Part shown: piece after piece, positions 48,701-58,252 of the stretch
How positions within the stretch are numbered: position 1 is the first letter of the stretch
Layout: the number at the start of each line of letters is the position of its first letter
Source: Candidatus Omnitrophota bacterium
GTDB lineage: Bacteria > Omnitrophota > Gorgyraeia > Duberdicusellales > 4484-171
Direction: 5' to 3'
Length of the DNA stretch: 64,000 nucleotides
NCBI GenBank assembly: GCA_041652815.1
Contig: JBAZGN010000003.1
Span: 65,530-129,529 of the forward strand
Notes under the pieces: model-generated
What the model saw: only the letters and a program-made list of their open reading frames with translations
Database searches by the model: none
Told to the model about the DNA's origin: nothing
Made by a program: the position numbers and the translations under genes

Positions 48701-49774
48701 ATGAGGATACTGCTTATCTCAACCCACTTAAATGCCGGTGGTATTTCCCGTTATATACTCACGCTCGCCAAAGGCCTTAAAAAAAACGGGCACGAGGTGT
48801 GGGTTTCATGCGCACCACACGGAGAGTGGCTTACGAGGCTAGAGGAAGAAGGCATCTCCTATATAACCATACCGATAAAAACAAAATCTATATTAAGCAT
48901 AAAGATATTAATTTCCTTTTTCATCCTCGCTAAATTCATAAAAAAAGAAAAAATCGATATCATTCATTCTAACAGCCGGGTTACCCAGTTCTTAGGGTTT
49001 CTTTTGTATAAATTCACGCGCGTTCCATATGTAGCCACTTTCCACGGATTTTACCGTAAAAGCCATGCCAGAAAAACATTAAAATTCGAAGGATTACGAA
49101 CCATTGCAATCAGCCAAAATGTAAAAACGCATTTATCACAGGATTTAAATATCCCGGAAGAAAAAATACGGGTTGTTTATAACGGTGTTTGCCGCGAGGA
49201 ATTTTCCCTCCGTAAAAAAACAAAAACAGATTACGGGTTCAAAGAAAATGATTTTGTCATCGGCATCCTGGGGCGGTTTTCCGAAGAAAAAGGGCATTTC
49301 CTGGCGATTGAAGCATTTAAGCTTCTCTCAGACAAGCATAGCAACGTCTATCTTGCAATATCAGGCAAAGGAAGGCTCAAGGAAGAACTAAAAACGTTCA
49401 TAAGACTAACCGATATTGAAAATAGAACAAAATTCTTTGACATGGAAGCTAAGGATTTTCTTGATATTCCGGATATATTGATTGTTCCCTCAAGAAGAGA
49501 AGGATTCGGCTATGTCATAATAGAAGCATTATTAAAAGAAGTCCCGGTAATTGCCTTTAACGGTGGGGCTATTTCTGAAATAATAAAAAATGAGAAGAAC
49601 GGTTTACTTTTTAATAAATATGAAGGTTTTTGCTTAAAACAAGCGATAGAACAGCTTATGTCTGATAGGCCGCTGCGGGAAAGAATCGTAAAAAAAGCAA
49701 AAGAAGACGCACAGATTTTCTCAATGGAGAATATGGCATTAAACACGGAAAAGGTATACAAAGAAGTCTTATGA
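48701..49774 (+). CDS. Glycosyltransferase family 4 protein (LPS core)
   Basis: 357 aa with an N-terminal LLISTHLNAGGISRY and a C-terminal EGFGYVIIEALLKEVPVIAFNGGAISEII. Confidence 0.75.
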   Translation: MRILLISTHLNAGGISRYILTLAKGLKKNGHEVWVSCAPHGEWLTRLEEEGISYITIPIKTKSILSIKILISFFILAKFIKKEKIDIIHSNSRVTQFLGFLLYKFTRVPYVATFHGFYRKSHARKTLKFEGLRTIAISQNVKTHLSQDLNIPEEKIRVVYNGVCREEFSLRKKTKTDYGFKENDFVIGILGRFSEEKGHFLAIEAFKLLSDKHSNVYLAISGKGRLKEELKTFIRLTDIENRTKFFDMEAKDFLDIPDILIVPSRREGFGYVIIEALLKEVPVIAFNGGAISEIIKNEKNGLLFNKYEGFCLKQAIEQLMSDRPLRERIVKKAKEDAQIFSMENMALNTEKVYKEVL

Positions 49775-50589
49775 AATTTAAGGCGCATGACCAAAAATCA
49801 AAAACCGGAAAGAATCAATCAAAAGCATTTTGCGTAAGAATAATTTTTGGCCTAATTTTAGTTATCGCTTTTACATTCTATGCATATATATATATTAATT
49901 ATAAGACCCCTATACTTATGTATCATTCCTTTGATGATTCCCGGATTAAAGACTTTGCAGCAGTTTCTAATGCAAATTTTTATAAGCAAATGAAGTTTAT
50001 AAAAGAAAAAGGCTATAAAGTTATATCTTTGAATAATTATTGCCAGTTACTCAAAGATAAAAAGCCTATATCGAAGAATTTGGTTGTATTAACAATTGAT
50101 GACGGATATAAAGATAATTTAGAAGCTATAGAAATATTGAAAAAATTTGATTTTCCGGCGACCTTATTTATAACCGTTGACCGTATAGGAAAACCGGGAT
50201 TTCTCTCGGAAAAAGATATACGCTTAATTTTACAGGAAACAAAAATAACCATAGGTTCGCATACGGCAACGCATCCTGACCTCCCTCAAGTTTCAGACGC
50301 AGAACTTAAAAACGAAATTTCTAGCCCAAAACATAAGCTTGCGCGGCAATTCACAACCAAAATAGAAACCATAGCTTATCCGGGAGGAGCATACGATGAA
50401 AGGGCATTGAAGGAAGTTGAAAGCGCAGGATATCTTTGCGCTTGCACAACAAACAGAGGATTTTCCAAAAAACTTAACAGATTCTCCCTACGCAGGGTAA
50501 AAATGACCAATCGCGATACCGAGTTTAGCCTTTGGTCTAAATTGAGCGGTTTTTATAACTTTTTCAAAAAACCTAAGAAACCGTATTAA
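49771..50589 (+). CDS. Polysaccharide deacetylase (CE4 family)
   Basis: 272 aa with an N-terminal TM helix, a NodB motif (TIDDGYKDN) and HTATHPDL. Confidence 0.7.
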   Translation: MKFKAHDQKSKTGKNQSKAFCVRIIFGLILVIAFTFYAYIYINYKTPILMYHSFDDSRIKDFAAVSNANFYKQMKFIKEKGYKVISLNNYCQLLKDKKPISKNLVVLTIDDGYKDNLEAIEILKKFDFPATLFITVDRIGKPGFLSEKDIRLILQETKITIGSHTATHPDLPQVSDAELKNEISSPKHKLARQFTTKIETIAYPGGAYDERALKEVESAGYLCACTTNRGFSKKLNRFSLRRVKMTNRDTEFSLWSKLSGFYNFFKKPKKPY

Positions 50590-50590
50590 G

Positions 50591-51601
50591 ATGAAACGAA
50601 TTCTTGTCGTAAATGTAAACTGGCTTGGCGATGCGATAATGACGACACCCGCCTTTAAGGCAATAAAAGAAAAATTCCCTTCTTCTTTTGTCGCAGTAAC
50701 GGCGCCTGAAAGAGTAAAAGAGGTATTCAGCGATAATCCCCATATCGATGAAGTAATAATTTTTGATGAAAAGAAAAACCAAAAAGCTTTTTCACAAAAA
50801 TTACGTTTCATACAACAATTACGAGCAAAAAAGTTTGACACAGCTTTTCTTATACACCGTTCATTTACTCGTGCCCTTATCTGTCTTCTTTCCGGAATAA
50901 AGGTAAGAATCGGCTACAGAAGGCTTAAGAATATATTCATAGTAAACAAGATGATTAATCCACCGGCAAAAAATATACATAAACAGGATTATTACCTATA
51001 TCTATTTGAAAAAGCTGCAATAGCTATTGCCGATAAGTTGCCCAAAGTGTATATTCAACAGCAAATACAGGAAAAATACAAAGCCGACATATCTATCATA
51101 CGCCAAAAACACACCTATCTTGTAGGCGTGAATCCTTCTGCAAACTGGCTGCTTAAACAATGGCCCCAAGAAAACTTTGCAATACTTTGCGATAAGCTCA
51201 TAAGAGAATTAAACTGCGGCATTCTTTTTATCGGTGCCAAGATTGATACAGCTATAGTCGACGGAGTTATTAATAAAATGGTAGGGGATGCCTATAATTT
51301 CTGCGCAAAAACAAATATAAAAGAACTTGCAGCAATAATAAAAAATGTTGATTTGTTTATATCCAATGACTCTGGCCCGGCACATTTATCTGCCTCGCTT
51401 GGAGTTAACACCCTTGTATTATTCGGGCCAACATCGTCCAAGCTTAGTGCGCCACGCGGCAAGGCAGTACAAATCTTAGAGAAATCCATACATTGCGAAA
51501 TACCGTGCTATAGTACAAGCTGCCAGGACAATCTTTGCATAAAAAATATAACAGTAGAGGACGCCTACATCAAAGCAAAAGAGTTTTTGAAAAATGTTTA
51601 A
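50591..51601 (+). CDS. Glycosyltransferase family 9 (LPS heptosyltransferase-like)
   Basis: 336 aa with an N-terminal ILVVNVNWLGDAIMTTPAFKAIKEKFP and a C-terminal FISNDSGPAHLSASLGVNTLVLFGPT. Confidence 0.7.
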   Translation: MKRILVVNVNWLGDAIMTTPAFKAIKEKFPSSFVAVTAPERVKEVFSDNPHIDEVIIFDEKKNQKAFSQKLRFIQQLRAKKFDTAFLIHRSFTRALICLLSGIKVRIGYRRLKNIFIVNKMINPPAKNIHKQDYYLYLFEKAAIAIADKLPKVYIQQQIQEKYKADISIIRQKHTYLVGVNPSANWLLKQWPQENFAILCDKLIRELNCGILFIGAKIDTAIVDGVINKMVGDAYNFCAKTNIKELAAIIKNVDLFISNDSGPAHLSASLGVNTLVLFGPTSSKLSAPRGKAVQILEKSIHCEIPCYSTSCQDNLCIKNITVEDAYIKAKEFLKNV

Positions 51602-52532
51602 AAACATAATCGTAAACCTGCCAAGCAATATCGGAGATACTATTTTAACGCTTCCAGCTCTCAACCGGCTCCACTTAAACTACCCGCAGGCAAAATTAAC
51701 TTTAATTTGCTCAAAACAAACACAAGAGTTTCTTTCGCATTACTCTGATGCTAACGAAACGCTTCTCTTCGATAAACGCTGGCCGGCAATGCGAAAATTT
51801 AAATTTTCGCTTAGCTTACGCCAAAAATACGACCTTATTGTCGATTTTAAAAATTCACTTTTACCATTATTTACCGGGGCGAAACGAACTCCATTTTTTA
51901 GAAAGTTTACGAAAAACTTGCCCGCAAAAGATAGATATCTTTATCTGATAAAAGATATCGCGCCAATTGATGCAAAAAAAACTGCACAATTTTTACTCAC
52001 GGAAGACGAAGAAAAAAAATGGAAATTGCCGCAAATTGAACAATCCGTATTCGTTGCCTGCGCATCGAATGCGCTTCAAAAACGCTACCCCTATAACCTA
52101 CTTAAAGAACTTGTAAAAAATCTTGCCAAACGCACGCCGGTTACGATATTGGGGCAGGAAGCAGACAGACAATTCTATAAAGATATTTTAAACATTCCCG
52201 GCGTAAATGACCTTGTCGGAAAAACAAAAATCCACGAAGTCTTTTATCTTCTAACGGCATACGCGCGCTTACTTGTATGCGTAGATTCAAGCATAATGCA
52301 TATCGCAAGCTACCTTGACATACCAATAGTAGCAATGTTTGGGCAAACCAGCGTTCTTAAATACGGCCCTTGGTCAAAAAAATATATTGTAGTGAAAAGA
52401 GACGACCTCGATTGTGTGCCTTGCGAAAATCCACATTGCCGGTTTAATCATGAATGCATGGAAATAGACCCAAAGCGCGTGCTTAGCGCGATAGATAAAT
52501 TAAACCCAAATAATCATGGAACAAATACGTAA
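51594..52532 (+). CDS. Glycosyltransferase family 9 (LPS heptosyltransferase-like)
   Basis: 312 aa with an N-terminal NIGDTILTLPALNRL and a C-terminal VCVDSSIMHIASYLDIPIVAMFGQT. Confidence 0.7.
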   Translation: MFKNIIVNLPSNIGDTILTLPALNRLHLNYPQAKLTLICSKQTQEFLSHYSDANETLLFDKRWPAMRKFKFSLSLRQKYDLIVDFKNSLLPLFTGAKRTPFFRKFTKNLPAKDRYLYLIKDIAPIDAKKTAQFLLTEDEEKKWKLPQIEQSVFVACASNALQKRYPYNLLKELVKNLAKRTPVTILGQEADRQFYKDILNIPGVNDLVGKTKIHEVFYLLTAYARLLVCVDSSIMHIASYLDIPIVAMFGQTSVLKYGPWSKKYIVVKRDDLDCVPCENPHCRFNHECMEIDPKRVLSAIDKLNPNNHGTNT

Positions 52533-53541
52533 AAAAATATTAATAATGCGTACGGATAGATTAGGGGATGTAATTCTCTCTACGCCCGCGATAGCAAACT
52601 TACGTAAATTCTATCCCGATAGCTATATTGCCTTTCTCTGCAGGCCATACACAAAAGAAGTTATAGAAGGCAATCCCCATCTAGATGAAATTATTATCTA
52701 TGACAAAAATAAAGAACATAAAAGCATTTTTGCATCAATAAAATTCTGCCTTGCCTTGCGTAAAAAAAAGTTTGATACTGTTTTTATCTTAAATCCAAAT
52801 AACCGCTCAAACATAATTGCATTATTTGCTGGTATTCCAGAGCGTATTGGGTTAAACCGGAAAATGGGTAGGCTGTTGACTCATCCTATAGAAGATAAGA
52901 AACATGAAGGAAAAAAACACGAGCTGGAATATACTTTGGACATCCTAAAAGAAGCCGGGGTTACAATTACAGAGAAACACACTTATTTTCCGATAAAAAA
53001 AGAATCGGAGGAACGGATAGAGGATTTGCTCGTAACGCATGGGATAAAAAATAATTCATTTTTAGTGATTCATCCTTCTGCCTCATGCCCGTCAAAACGC
53101 TGGCCGCAGGATTACTTCGTAAAACTGATAAGATTAATAAACGAAAGAACAAACTTAAGAATAGTTTTAATAAGTGCAGAGAATGAAAAGAAATTTGCTG
53201 ATAGCCTGGTAAAAGAAAAAAATACAATAGACCTAAGAGGGATTTTAAGCATTTCGGATATAGGTGCGCTTCTTAAACGCTCAAAACTATTCATATCAAA
53301 CGATTCAGGGCCTGTGCATATTGCGGCAAGCTTAAATTGCCCTGTGATTTCTATCTTCGGAAGGAATGACCCAGGCCTTTCACCTGTACGTTGGAGGCCG
53401 CTTGGTGAAAAATCATTTTATATCCATAAAGGAAATTCTTGCAAAAATTGCCTAGCTCATAATTGCGTTTTGGGTTTTCTGTGCCTTAAATCCATAACAC
53501 CGGAAGAAGTATTTGCTTTGGCCTTAAAAATATTAGAATAA
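52516..53541 (+). CDS. Glycosyltransferase family 9 (LPS heptosyltransferase-like)
   Basis: 341 aa with an N-terminal ILIMRTDRLGDVILSTPAIANLRKFYP and a C-terminal FISNDSGPVHIAASLNCPVISIFG. Confidence 0.7.
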   Translation: MEQIRKKILIMRTDRLGDVILSTPAIANLRKFYPDSYIAFLCRPYTKEVIEGNPHLDEIIIYDKNKEHKSIFASIKFCLALRKKKFDTVFILNPNNRSNIIALFAGIPERIGLNRKMGRLLTHPIEDKKHEGKKHELEYTLDILKEAGVTITEKHTYFPIKKESEERIEDLLVTHGIKNNSFLVIHPSASCPSKRWPQDYFVKLIRLINERTNLRIVLISAENEKKFADSLVKEKNTIDLRGILSISDIGALLKRSKLFISNDSGPVHIAASLNCPVISIFGRNDPGLSPVRWRPLGEKSFYIHKGNSCKNCLAHNCVLGFLCLKSITPEEVFALALKILE

Positions 53542-53598
53542 AGTTTGGAATCAAAAATCTAATGCGTCATAAAAAAACTGCTATAATATGCTTATAAG

Positions 53599-54786
53599 AT
53601 GAAAAAGGTTAAGCGGATTTTAATTATATCTTCCGACAAACACTTAAGCGATATTCTTCATTTCTGTTTCGACGGCTGGGGATACGAAGTTTTTGTACAC
53701 GAACCGAACATAGACGATATAATTGTAATTAAAAAAATATCACCTGACGCGATAGTAATAGACGTACATTCTGCAACCAAATCGCATCTTGAAATATGCA
53801 GGCTCCTTAAAGAAGATTTCATTACCGCTCTTATACCTATAATTGCTTTAATAAATAAAAGGCAGCTTAGAGAACAGCTTCTCACCTTAAAACAAGGAGT
53901 CGATGATTACTTGATAAAGCCTCCCGACCCACTGGACTTAAGAACACGCATAGAAATCGCGATAAAACGCTCGCAGTATAGCTTTTATTCAAGCCCTTTA
54001 ACCGGGCTTCCGGGTGCGCGGCTCATCGAAGATATCGTGAAAGAAAGAATCGAAAAAAATACTCCTTTTTCTTTCGCCCATATAGACATCGATAACTTTA
54101 AATCCTTTAATGATGTTTACGGCTACATAAAAGGCGACAAAGCCCTTATGCAAACTGCCTACATACTTTACAGCGTAATCAAGAAAATCGGAAATGCTGA
54201 TGATTTTATGGGCCATATAGGCGGTGATGATTTTGTTTTTATCACAACTCCCGATAAACATAAGGAAATTTGCCGCTATTTTATTTTTATGTTTGATAAC
54301 CTTATACCGTACCACTACTCAAAAAAAGATAGGGAACAGAACTTCGTAATTGCACGTAACCGTGCAAAACAGATAAGAAAAATGCCCCTTATGAGTGTAA
54401 CAATAGCTGTAGTGAATAAAAATAAACCAAATGAATTCAAGAATATAGTAGAAATCAACGAGAGGATAGCAGAGGTAAAAAAATATTTGAAAACTGTTCC
54501 GGGCAGCAAGTTTATGGCAGACAGGCGTACTTCTACCAATGACAAAGAAGACCTGCAGGTTTATAAAAAAGAGGACTTCTTTATAAACTCATACAAACCG
54601 ATAGGCCAAATCCTAATCGAACAACATAAGATAACCGGGGCACAGCTGGAAGAAGCCCTTACGGCAAATTGGAAGAGAGGAATAATACTGGGAGAAATAC
54701 TTCGAGATTGCGGCTTTGTAACCGAAGAGGACATTGAAAAAGCTTTAAAGATACAAAAAGAAATTCTTGAAAAATCGCGCAGCTGA
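53599..54786 (+). CDS. Response-regulator receiver domain / GGDEF-family domain (motif GGDDF) / C-terminal MshEN-like (T2SSE_N) c-di-GMP-binding domain
   Basis: 395 aa with an N-terminal REC-like domain (ILIISSDKH...AIVIDVHS...LIKP). The central domain has DIDNFKSFND and HIGGDDFVFI, which is GGDDF in place of GG[DE]EF. The C-terminus carries two 24-aa motifs of the MshEN consensus, IGQILIEQHKITGAQLEEALTAN and ILGEILRDCGFVTEEDIEKALKIQ. Confidence 0.65.
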   Translation: MKKVKRILIISSDKHLSDILHFCFDGWGYEVFVHEPNIDDIIVIKKISPDAIVIDVHSATKSHLEICRLLKEDFITALIPIIALINKRQLREQLLTLKQGVDDYLIKPPDPLDLRTRIEIAIKRSQYSFYSSPLTGLPGARLIEDIVKERIEKNTPFSFAHIDIDNFKSFNDVYGYIKGDKALMQTAYILYSVIKKIGNADDFMGHIGGDDFVFITTPDKHKEICRYFIFMFDNLIPYHYSKKDREQNFVIARNRAKQIRKMPLMSVTIAVVNKNKPNEFKNIVEINERIAEVKKYLKTVPGSKFMADRRTSTNDKEDLQVYKKEDFFINSYKPIGQILIEQHKITGAQLEEALTANWKRGIILGEILRDCGFVTEEDIEKALKIQKEILEKSRS

Positions 54787-54810
54787 CCTATAAAACTTTC
54801 CGTTTTTGTC

Positions 54811-54838
54811 TTGACAGGAAAAGGTTTATTGCTATACT
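54811..54838 (+). promoter_or_regulatory. Putative sigma70 promoter of the hydrogenase cluster (TTGACA-N16-TATACT)
   Basis: TTGACA at 54811-54816 and TATACT at 54833-54838. Confidence 0.5.
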
Positions 54839-54870
54839 ATCTAAATCCATTTTTTTTATTTTGAAATTGA

Positions 54871-54888
54871 TTGTGAAAAAATTCACAA
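54871..54888 (+). promoter_or_regulatory. Perfect CRP/FNR-family operator (TTGTGA-N6-TCACAA) immediately upstream of the first hydrogenase-cluster gene
   Basis: The sequence TTGTGAaaaaatTCACAA is a perfect 18-bp palindrome of the TGTGA-N6-TCACA type. It is centred about 40 nt downstream of the predicted -10 element and 16 nt before the ATG at 54896. Confidence 0.55.
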
Positions 54889-54895
54889 AAGACCA

Positions 54896-55936
54896 ATGAT
54901 CAACAAATATTTATATATAAAAAACAACAATTTTTTAAGGCTTCTGGATAATTTATCTGCGGATTATAAAGTATTTACACCACAAGAAACACGAAAAAAC
55001 TATTTCTGGAAAGAATATAAAGGCGCCTTTGAATTCTCTAAATACCGCTCAGTAACGAACCTCAGGCAATTCTTTACGCCTGCCGTAGAACAAATCGATA
55101 ACTATTTTGGCTCGAATAAAGCTCAAGAAAGAAAACCCATCTGCATCGTTGGCGCAAAGGCATGCGACCTCGGGAATGCCCTTAAAATACACGATTATGT
55201 TTTCCTTGAAGGAGACGTTGATAGTGCCTATAAACAACTAAGAGAAAAAAATCTCATAATTTCCAGTGACTGTACTGCCTTTAAGGAAACTTGCTTCTGC
55301 CTTGCCTTGGGTAATATGCCATACCCGGAAGAATTATTCGATTTAAACATTTCATGCGTAAACGATGGTTACCTTGTGGAAATCGGTTCTAAAAAAGGAG
55401 AAGGTACTGTAGCTTCAAATAAAAGCCTTTTTGAAACAGTAAATGACACAACACTTAAAGAACGTGAGAATAACCGAAATAGCGTAACGAAAGAATTCCG
55501 CTGTCAAATAGAACCCCTGGAATTTCCGAAAGATTCATTGCTTTATAATCTTATAAAAAACGGTTACGGCGATAAATTATGGCCTGAAGAAGCTTTAAAA
55601 TGCGTTGAATGCGGCGCTTGCATTATGAACTGCCCAACCTGCCATTGTTTTCTTTTATTTGATACAAAAGATAAGGACGGATATTTCAAGGGAAGGGTTT
55701 GGGACGGTTGCCAATATAAAAATTTCACACGCGTTGCCGGAGGCGCTAATGCGCTTAGGCTACGCGAACAAAGACTGCGTAACCGTTATATCAAAAAATT
55801 CGAATTTTTCCCTGAAAGAATAAAATTATATGCCTGCACGGGATGCGGTAGGTGCGTTGAAGGCTGCCCTGCGAAAATAGATATACGAAAAATTTTTAAG
55901 CTACTCAACGAAAATCAAAATAGCGCTAAAAAATGA
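54896..55936 (+). CDS. Iron-sulfur oxidoreductase subunit, AsrA / sulfhydrogenase-beta (HydB)-like
   Basis: 346 aa with C-terminal 4Fe-4S motifs CVECGACIMNCPTCHC and CTGCGRCVEGCP. Its size and cysteine pattern match AsrA/HydB-type subunits. Confidence 0.55.
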   Translation: MINKYLYIKNNNFLRLLDNLSADYKVFTPQETRKNYFWKEYKGAFEFSKYRSVTNLRQFFTPAVEQIDNYFGSNKAQERKPICIVGAKACDLGNALKIHDYVFLEGDVDSAYKQLREKNLIISSDCTAFKETCFCLALGNMPYPEELFDLNISCVNDGYLVEIGSKKGEGTVASNKSLFETVNDTTLKERENNRNSVTKEFRCQIEPLEFPKDSLLYNLIKNGYGDKLWPEEALKCVECGACIMNCPTCHCFLLFDTKDKDGYFKGRVWDGCQYKNFTRVAGGANALRLREQRLRNRYIKKFEFFPERIKLYACTGCGRCVEGCPAKIDIRKIFKLLNENQNSAKK

Positions 55937-56745
55937 GCATATATCTACCGAATAAAGCAACAATTACCAATATAATCGAGGAAACCCCGACAATAAAAAC
56001 TTTTGTCTTTAAGCCTGTTGATTCTTTTTCTTTTAAAACAGGCCAATTTATTGAATTAAGCTATCCGGGTATAGGCGAAGCGCCCTTTACGCCGTCTTCT
56101 GACCCAAATAATAAAAAAGCTTTCGAGGTAACCATAATGAAGGTAGGCAAAGTAACGGAACTGTTTCATAAAGCAAAAATAGGGGATTGTTTAGGCATGC
56201 GCGGGCCTTACGGAAACGGCTATCCGGTTGATAGTTTTAAAAACAAAGAACTTTTGATAGTTGGCGGAGGCGTGGGCTTAGCACCACTGCGCTCATTGAT
56301 TTATGCCCTTTACAACCGCATAAATGATTTTAAAAAAATAGTTATATGCTACGGGGCACGCAGCCCTCAGGATATTGTATATAAATATCTTCTTGAAGAG
56401 TTTAAAAAACCAAAAAATGTAGAATTCAGGCTTACTGTCGATAGAGCCGACAACACCTGGAAAGGAAACGTAGGTATTGTGACAACTCTTTTAGAAAAAT
56501 TGCCTTTGGATATTAAACAAGCCACGGGTATAGTTTGCGGGCCGCCGATTATGATGAAATTCGCAAGCCTTAAACTCTTAGAACTGGGTTTTTCTCCAAA
56601 AAACATACACTTATCCATGGAAAAGAACATGAGTTGCGGCTTGGGTAAATGCGGCCATTGCCGGCTTGGCAAATACTATATATGTAAAGACGGCCCTGTT
56701 TTTATATTCGATGATATAAAAGATATGTGGGACATTTGGGATTAG
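55933..56745 (+). CDS. FAD/NAD(P)-binding oxidoreductase subunit, AsrB / sulfhydrogenase-gamma (HydG) / PyrK-like, with a C-terminal 2Fe-2S site
   Basis: 270 aa with an FNR-like beta-barrel (GQFIELSYPG), an NAD(P)-binding GGGVGLAPL and a C-terminal CGLGKCGHC cluster. Confidence 0.65.
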   Translation: MSIYLPNKATITNIIEETPTIKTFVFKPVDSFSFKTGQFIELSYPGIGEAPFTPSSDPNNKKAFEVTIMKVGKVTELFHKAKIGDCLGMRGPYGNGYPVDSFKNKELLIVGGGVGLAPLRSLIYALYNRINDFKKIVICYGARSPQDIVYKYLLEEFKKPKNVEFRLTVDRADNTWKGNVGIVTTLLEKLPLDIKQATGIVCGPPIMMKFASLKLLELGFSPKNIHLSMEKNMSCGLGKCGHCRLGKYYICKDGPVFIFDDIKDMWDIWD

Positions 56746-56820
56746 AAAAAAGGCTAAGGTTAAATCTGAAGTTGAGTTAAAAATAGCGCCTTAACCTAAA
56801 CCTTAACTTCAACCTTTTTA
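56746..56820. repeat. GGTTAAG/CTTAACC-type inverted repeat element, possibly related to the one at 1786-1852
   Basis: The sequence aaaaaaGGCTAAGGTTAAatctGAAGTTGAGTTAA...CCTTAACCTAAACCTTAACTTCAACC forms an imperfect hairpin. It shares the k-mers TCAACCTT, TAAACCT and AAAAAGG with the 1786-1852 element. Confidence 0.35.
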
Positions 56821-56825
56821 AAGAA

Positions 56826-57320
56826 ATGAAAAGAATATTGCTAGATTTAGAGAAATGCGATAACTGCCCTGAGTGTGTCGTTAAATGCAGTTATATTTAT
56901 CATCCCCAAAATAAAGGAATAACCTCCTTGAGGGAATTCGCAACCTTTGCCGTTGTCTGCCACAGGTGTGAAGAAGCCCCTTGCATTAATTCGTGCTACC
57001 ACAATGCGCTGGCGAAGGACGAAAATAAAATAATAAAACGGGCAAAATTTTTATGCACCTCCTGCAAAACCTGTACACATGCTTGCCCTTTTGGAGTAAT
57101 ATTCGATGATTTCCTGGATTTCCTTGATTCAAAATGTGATTTTTGTATTGGTAGAAATAAACATCTGTGCATCGAAACTTGCACACATAAAGCATTAGAA
57201 ATCCTGGACATCGACAAAGATGATATAGCTCAGAATACTTACGTTATCTCTGATTATCTTGCAATTAAGCATCCGAAAAAATGGTTCCTTGATGATAAAG
57301 TGCTCTATAAGAAAAAATAA
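56826..57320 (+). CDS. 4Fe-4S ferredoxin-like electron-transfer subunit
   Basis: 164 aa with several Cys motifs (CDNCPECVVKC, CHRCEEAPCINSC, CTSCKTCTHACP, CDFCIGRNKHLCIETC). Confidence 0.6.
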   Translation: MKRILLDLEKCDNCPECVVKCSYIYHPQNKGITSLREFATFAVVCHRCEEAPCINSCYHNALAKDENKIIKRAKFLCTSCKTCTHACPFGVIFDDFLDFLDSKCDFCIGRNKHLCIETCTHKALEILDIDKDDIAQNTYVISDYLAIKHPKKWFLDDKVLYKKK

Positions 57321-57322
57321 TA

Positions 57323-58252
57323 ATGATAAAGATGATTTTACAGTATTTAATTTTCCCTGGCCTGGCATTTTGTTTCTTTATGGGCGCTATGGGTTTCTGG
57401 CTTGAAAGAAAACTAACTGCCCGCTTCCAGTATCGAGTGGGCCCGCCCTGGTATCAGAATTTTATTGACGTAATGAAATTATTTCTAAAAGAAACAATGA
57501 TACCGCGCGATGCGACAAAAACTATTTTTATAGCTTCACCAATTATAAGTTTATCGGCAGTAATTTTAGTAAGTATAATACTGGCAAATAATTACTTTCT
57601 AAACATAAGTTTTATCGGCGATGTTATCGTAATTTTATATTTACTGCTCATACCATCGCTTTTCATTATTCTCGGCGCACTTTCCTCAAAAAACCCCTTA
57701 GCGCTTGTGGGGGCCGCAAGAGAAACAAAACTTATGCTTGCTTACGAATTTGTATTTATCGCAAGCTTAATAATTGCGATAATTAAATCGGGTAATTCAA
57801 TTATGATGGCGGACATAATCGGTATCCAGATACTAAATAAACCTAATATAGCCAGTTTCTCAGGCGCAATCGCCTTTGTGCTGGCTATTTTTTATGCTCA
57901 GGCAAAATTAGGTATAGTGCCGTTTGATATGGCTGAAGCAGAGCAGGAAATTATGGCAGGTACTGTAATTGAGTATTCCGGGCCGCTTCTCGGCTTTTAT
58001 AAAATATCAAAATTAATGCTTTATTTTTCCCTGCCGTTATTTATAATTTCCTTATTCGTAAAAATTTCTGTAGAATCTGCATTTTTAAGATATTTAATAT
58101 TTTTTGCAGAATATATACTTATCATTTTTATTATGTCTGTAATTAAAAATATAAATCCAAGGCTGCGGATAAAAGATGCTTTGGGATTTTTTTGGTTTTT
58201 ACTTTTTCCTCTTGGAATTTTGGGTATAATTTTGGCGCAATTCGGACTATAA
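57323..58252 (+). CDS. Membrane subunit of an energy-converting hydrogenase, NuoH/HycD/EchB family
   Basis: 309 aa, polytopic, with a NuoH-like motif near the N-terminus (WLERKLTARFQYRVGP). Confidence 0.7.
   Translation: MIKMILQYLIFPGLAFCFFMGAMGFWLERKLTARFQYRVGPPWYQNFIDVMKLFLKETMIPRDATKTIFIASPIISLSAVILVSIILANNYFLNISFIGDVIVILYLLLIPSLFIILGALSSKNPLALVGAARETKLMLAYEFVFIASLIIAIIKSGNSIMMADIIGIQILNKPNIASFSGAIAFVLAIFYAQAKLGIVPFDMAEAEQEIMAGTVIEYSGPLLGFYKISKLMLYFSLPLFIISLFVKISVESAFLRYLIFFAEYILIIFIMSVIKNINPRLRIKDALGFFWFLLFPLGILGIILAQFGL

Noticed and set aside
53599-54786. Calling the GGDEF protein an active diguanylate cyclase
   Set aside because: The signature reads GGDDF rather than GG[DE]EF, and the REC acidic pocket is atypical. 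It is annotated only as a GGDEF-family domain protein, and its activity is left open.
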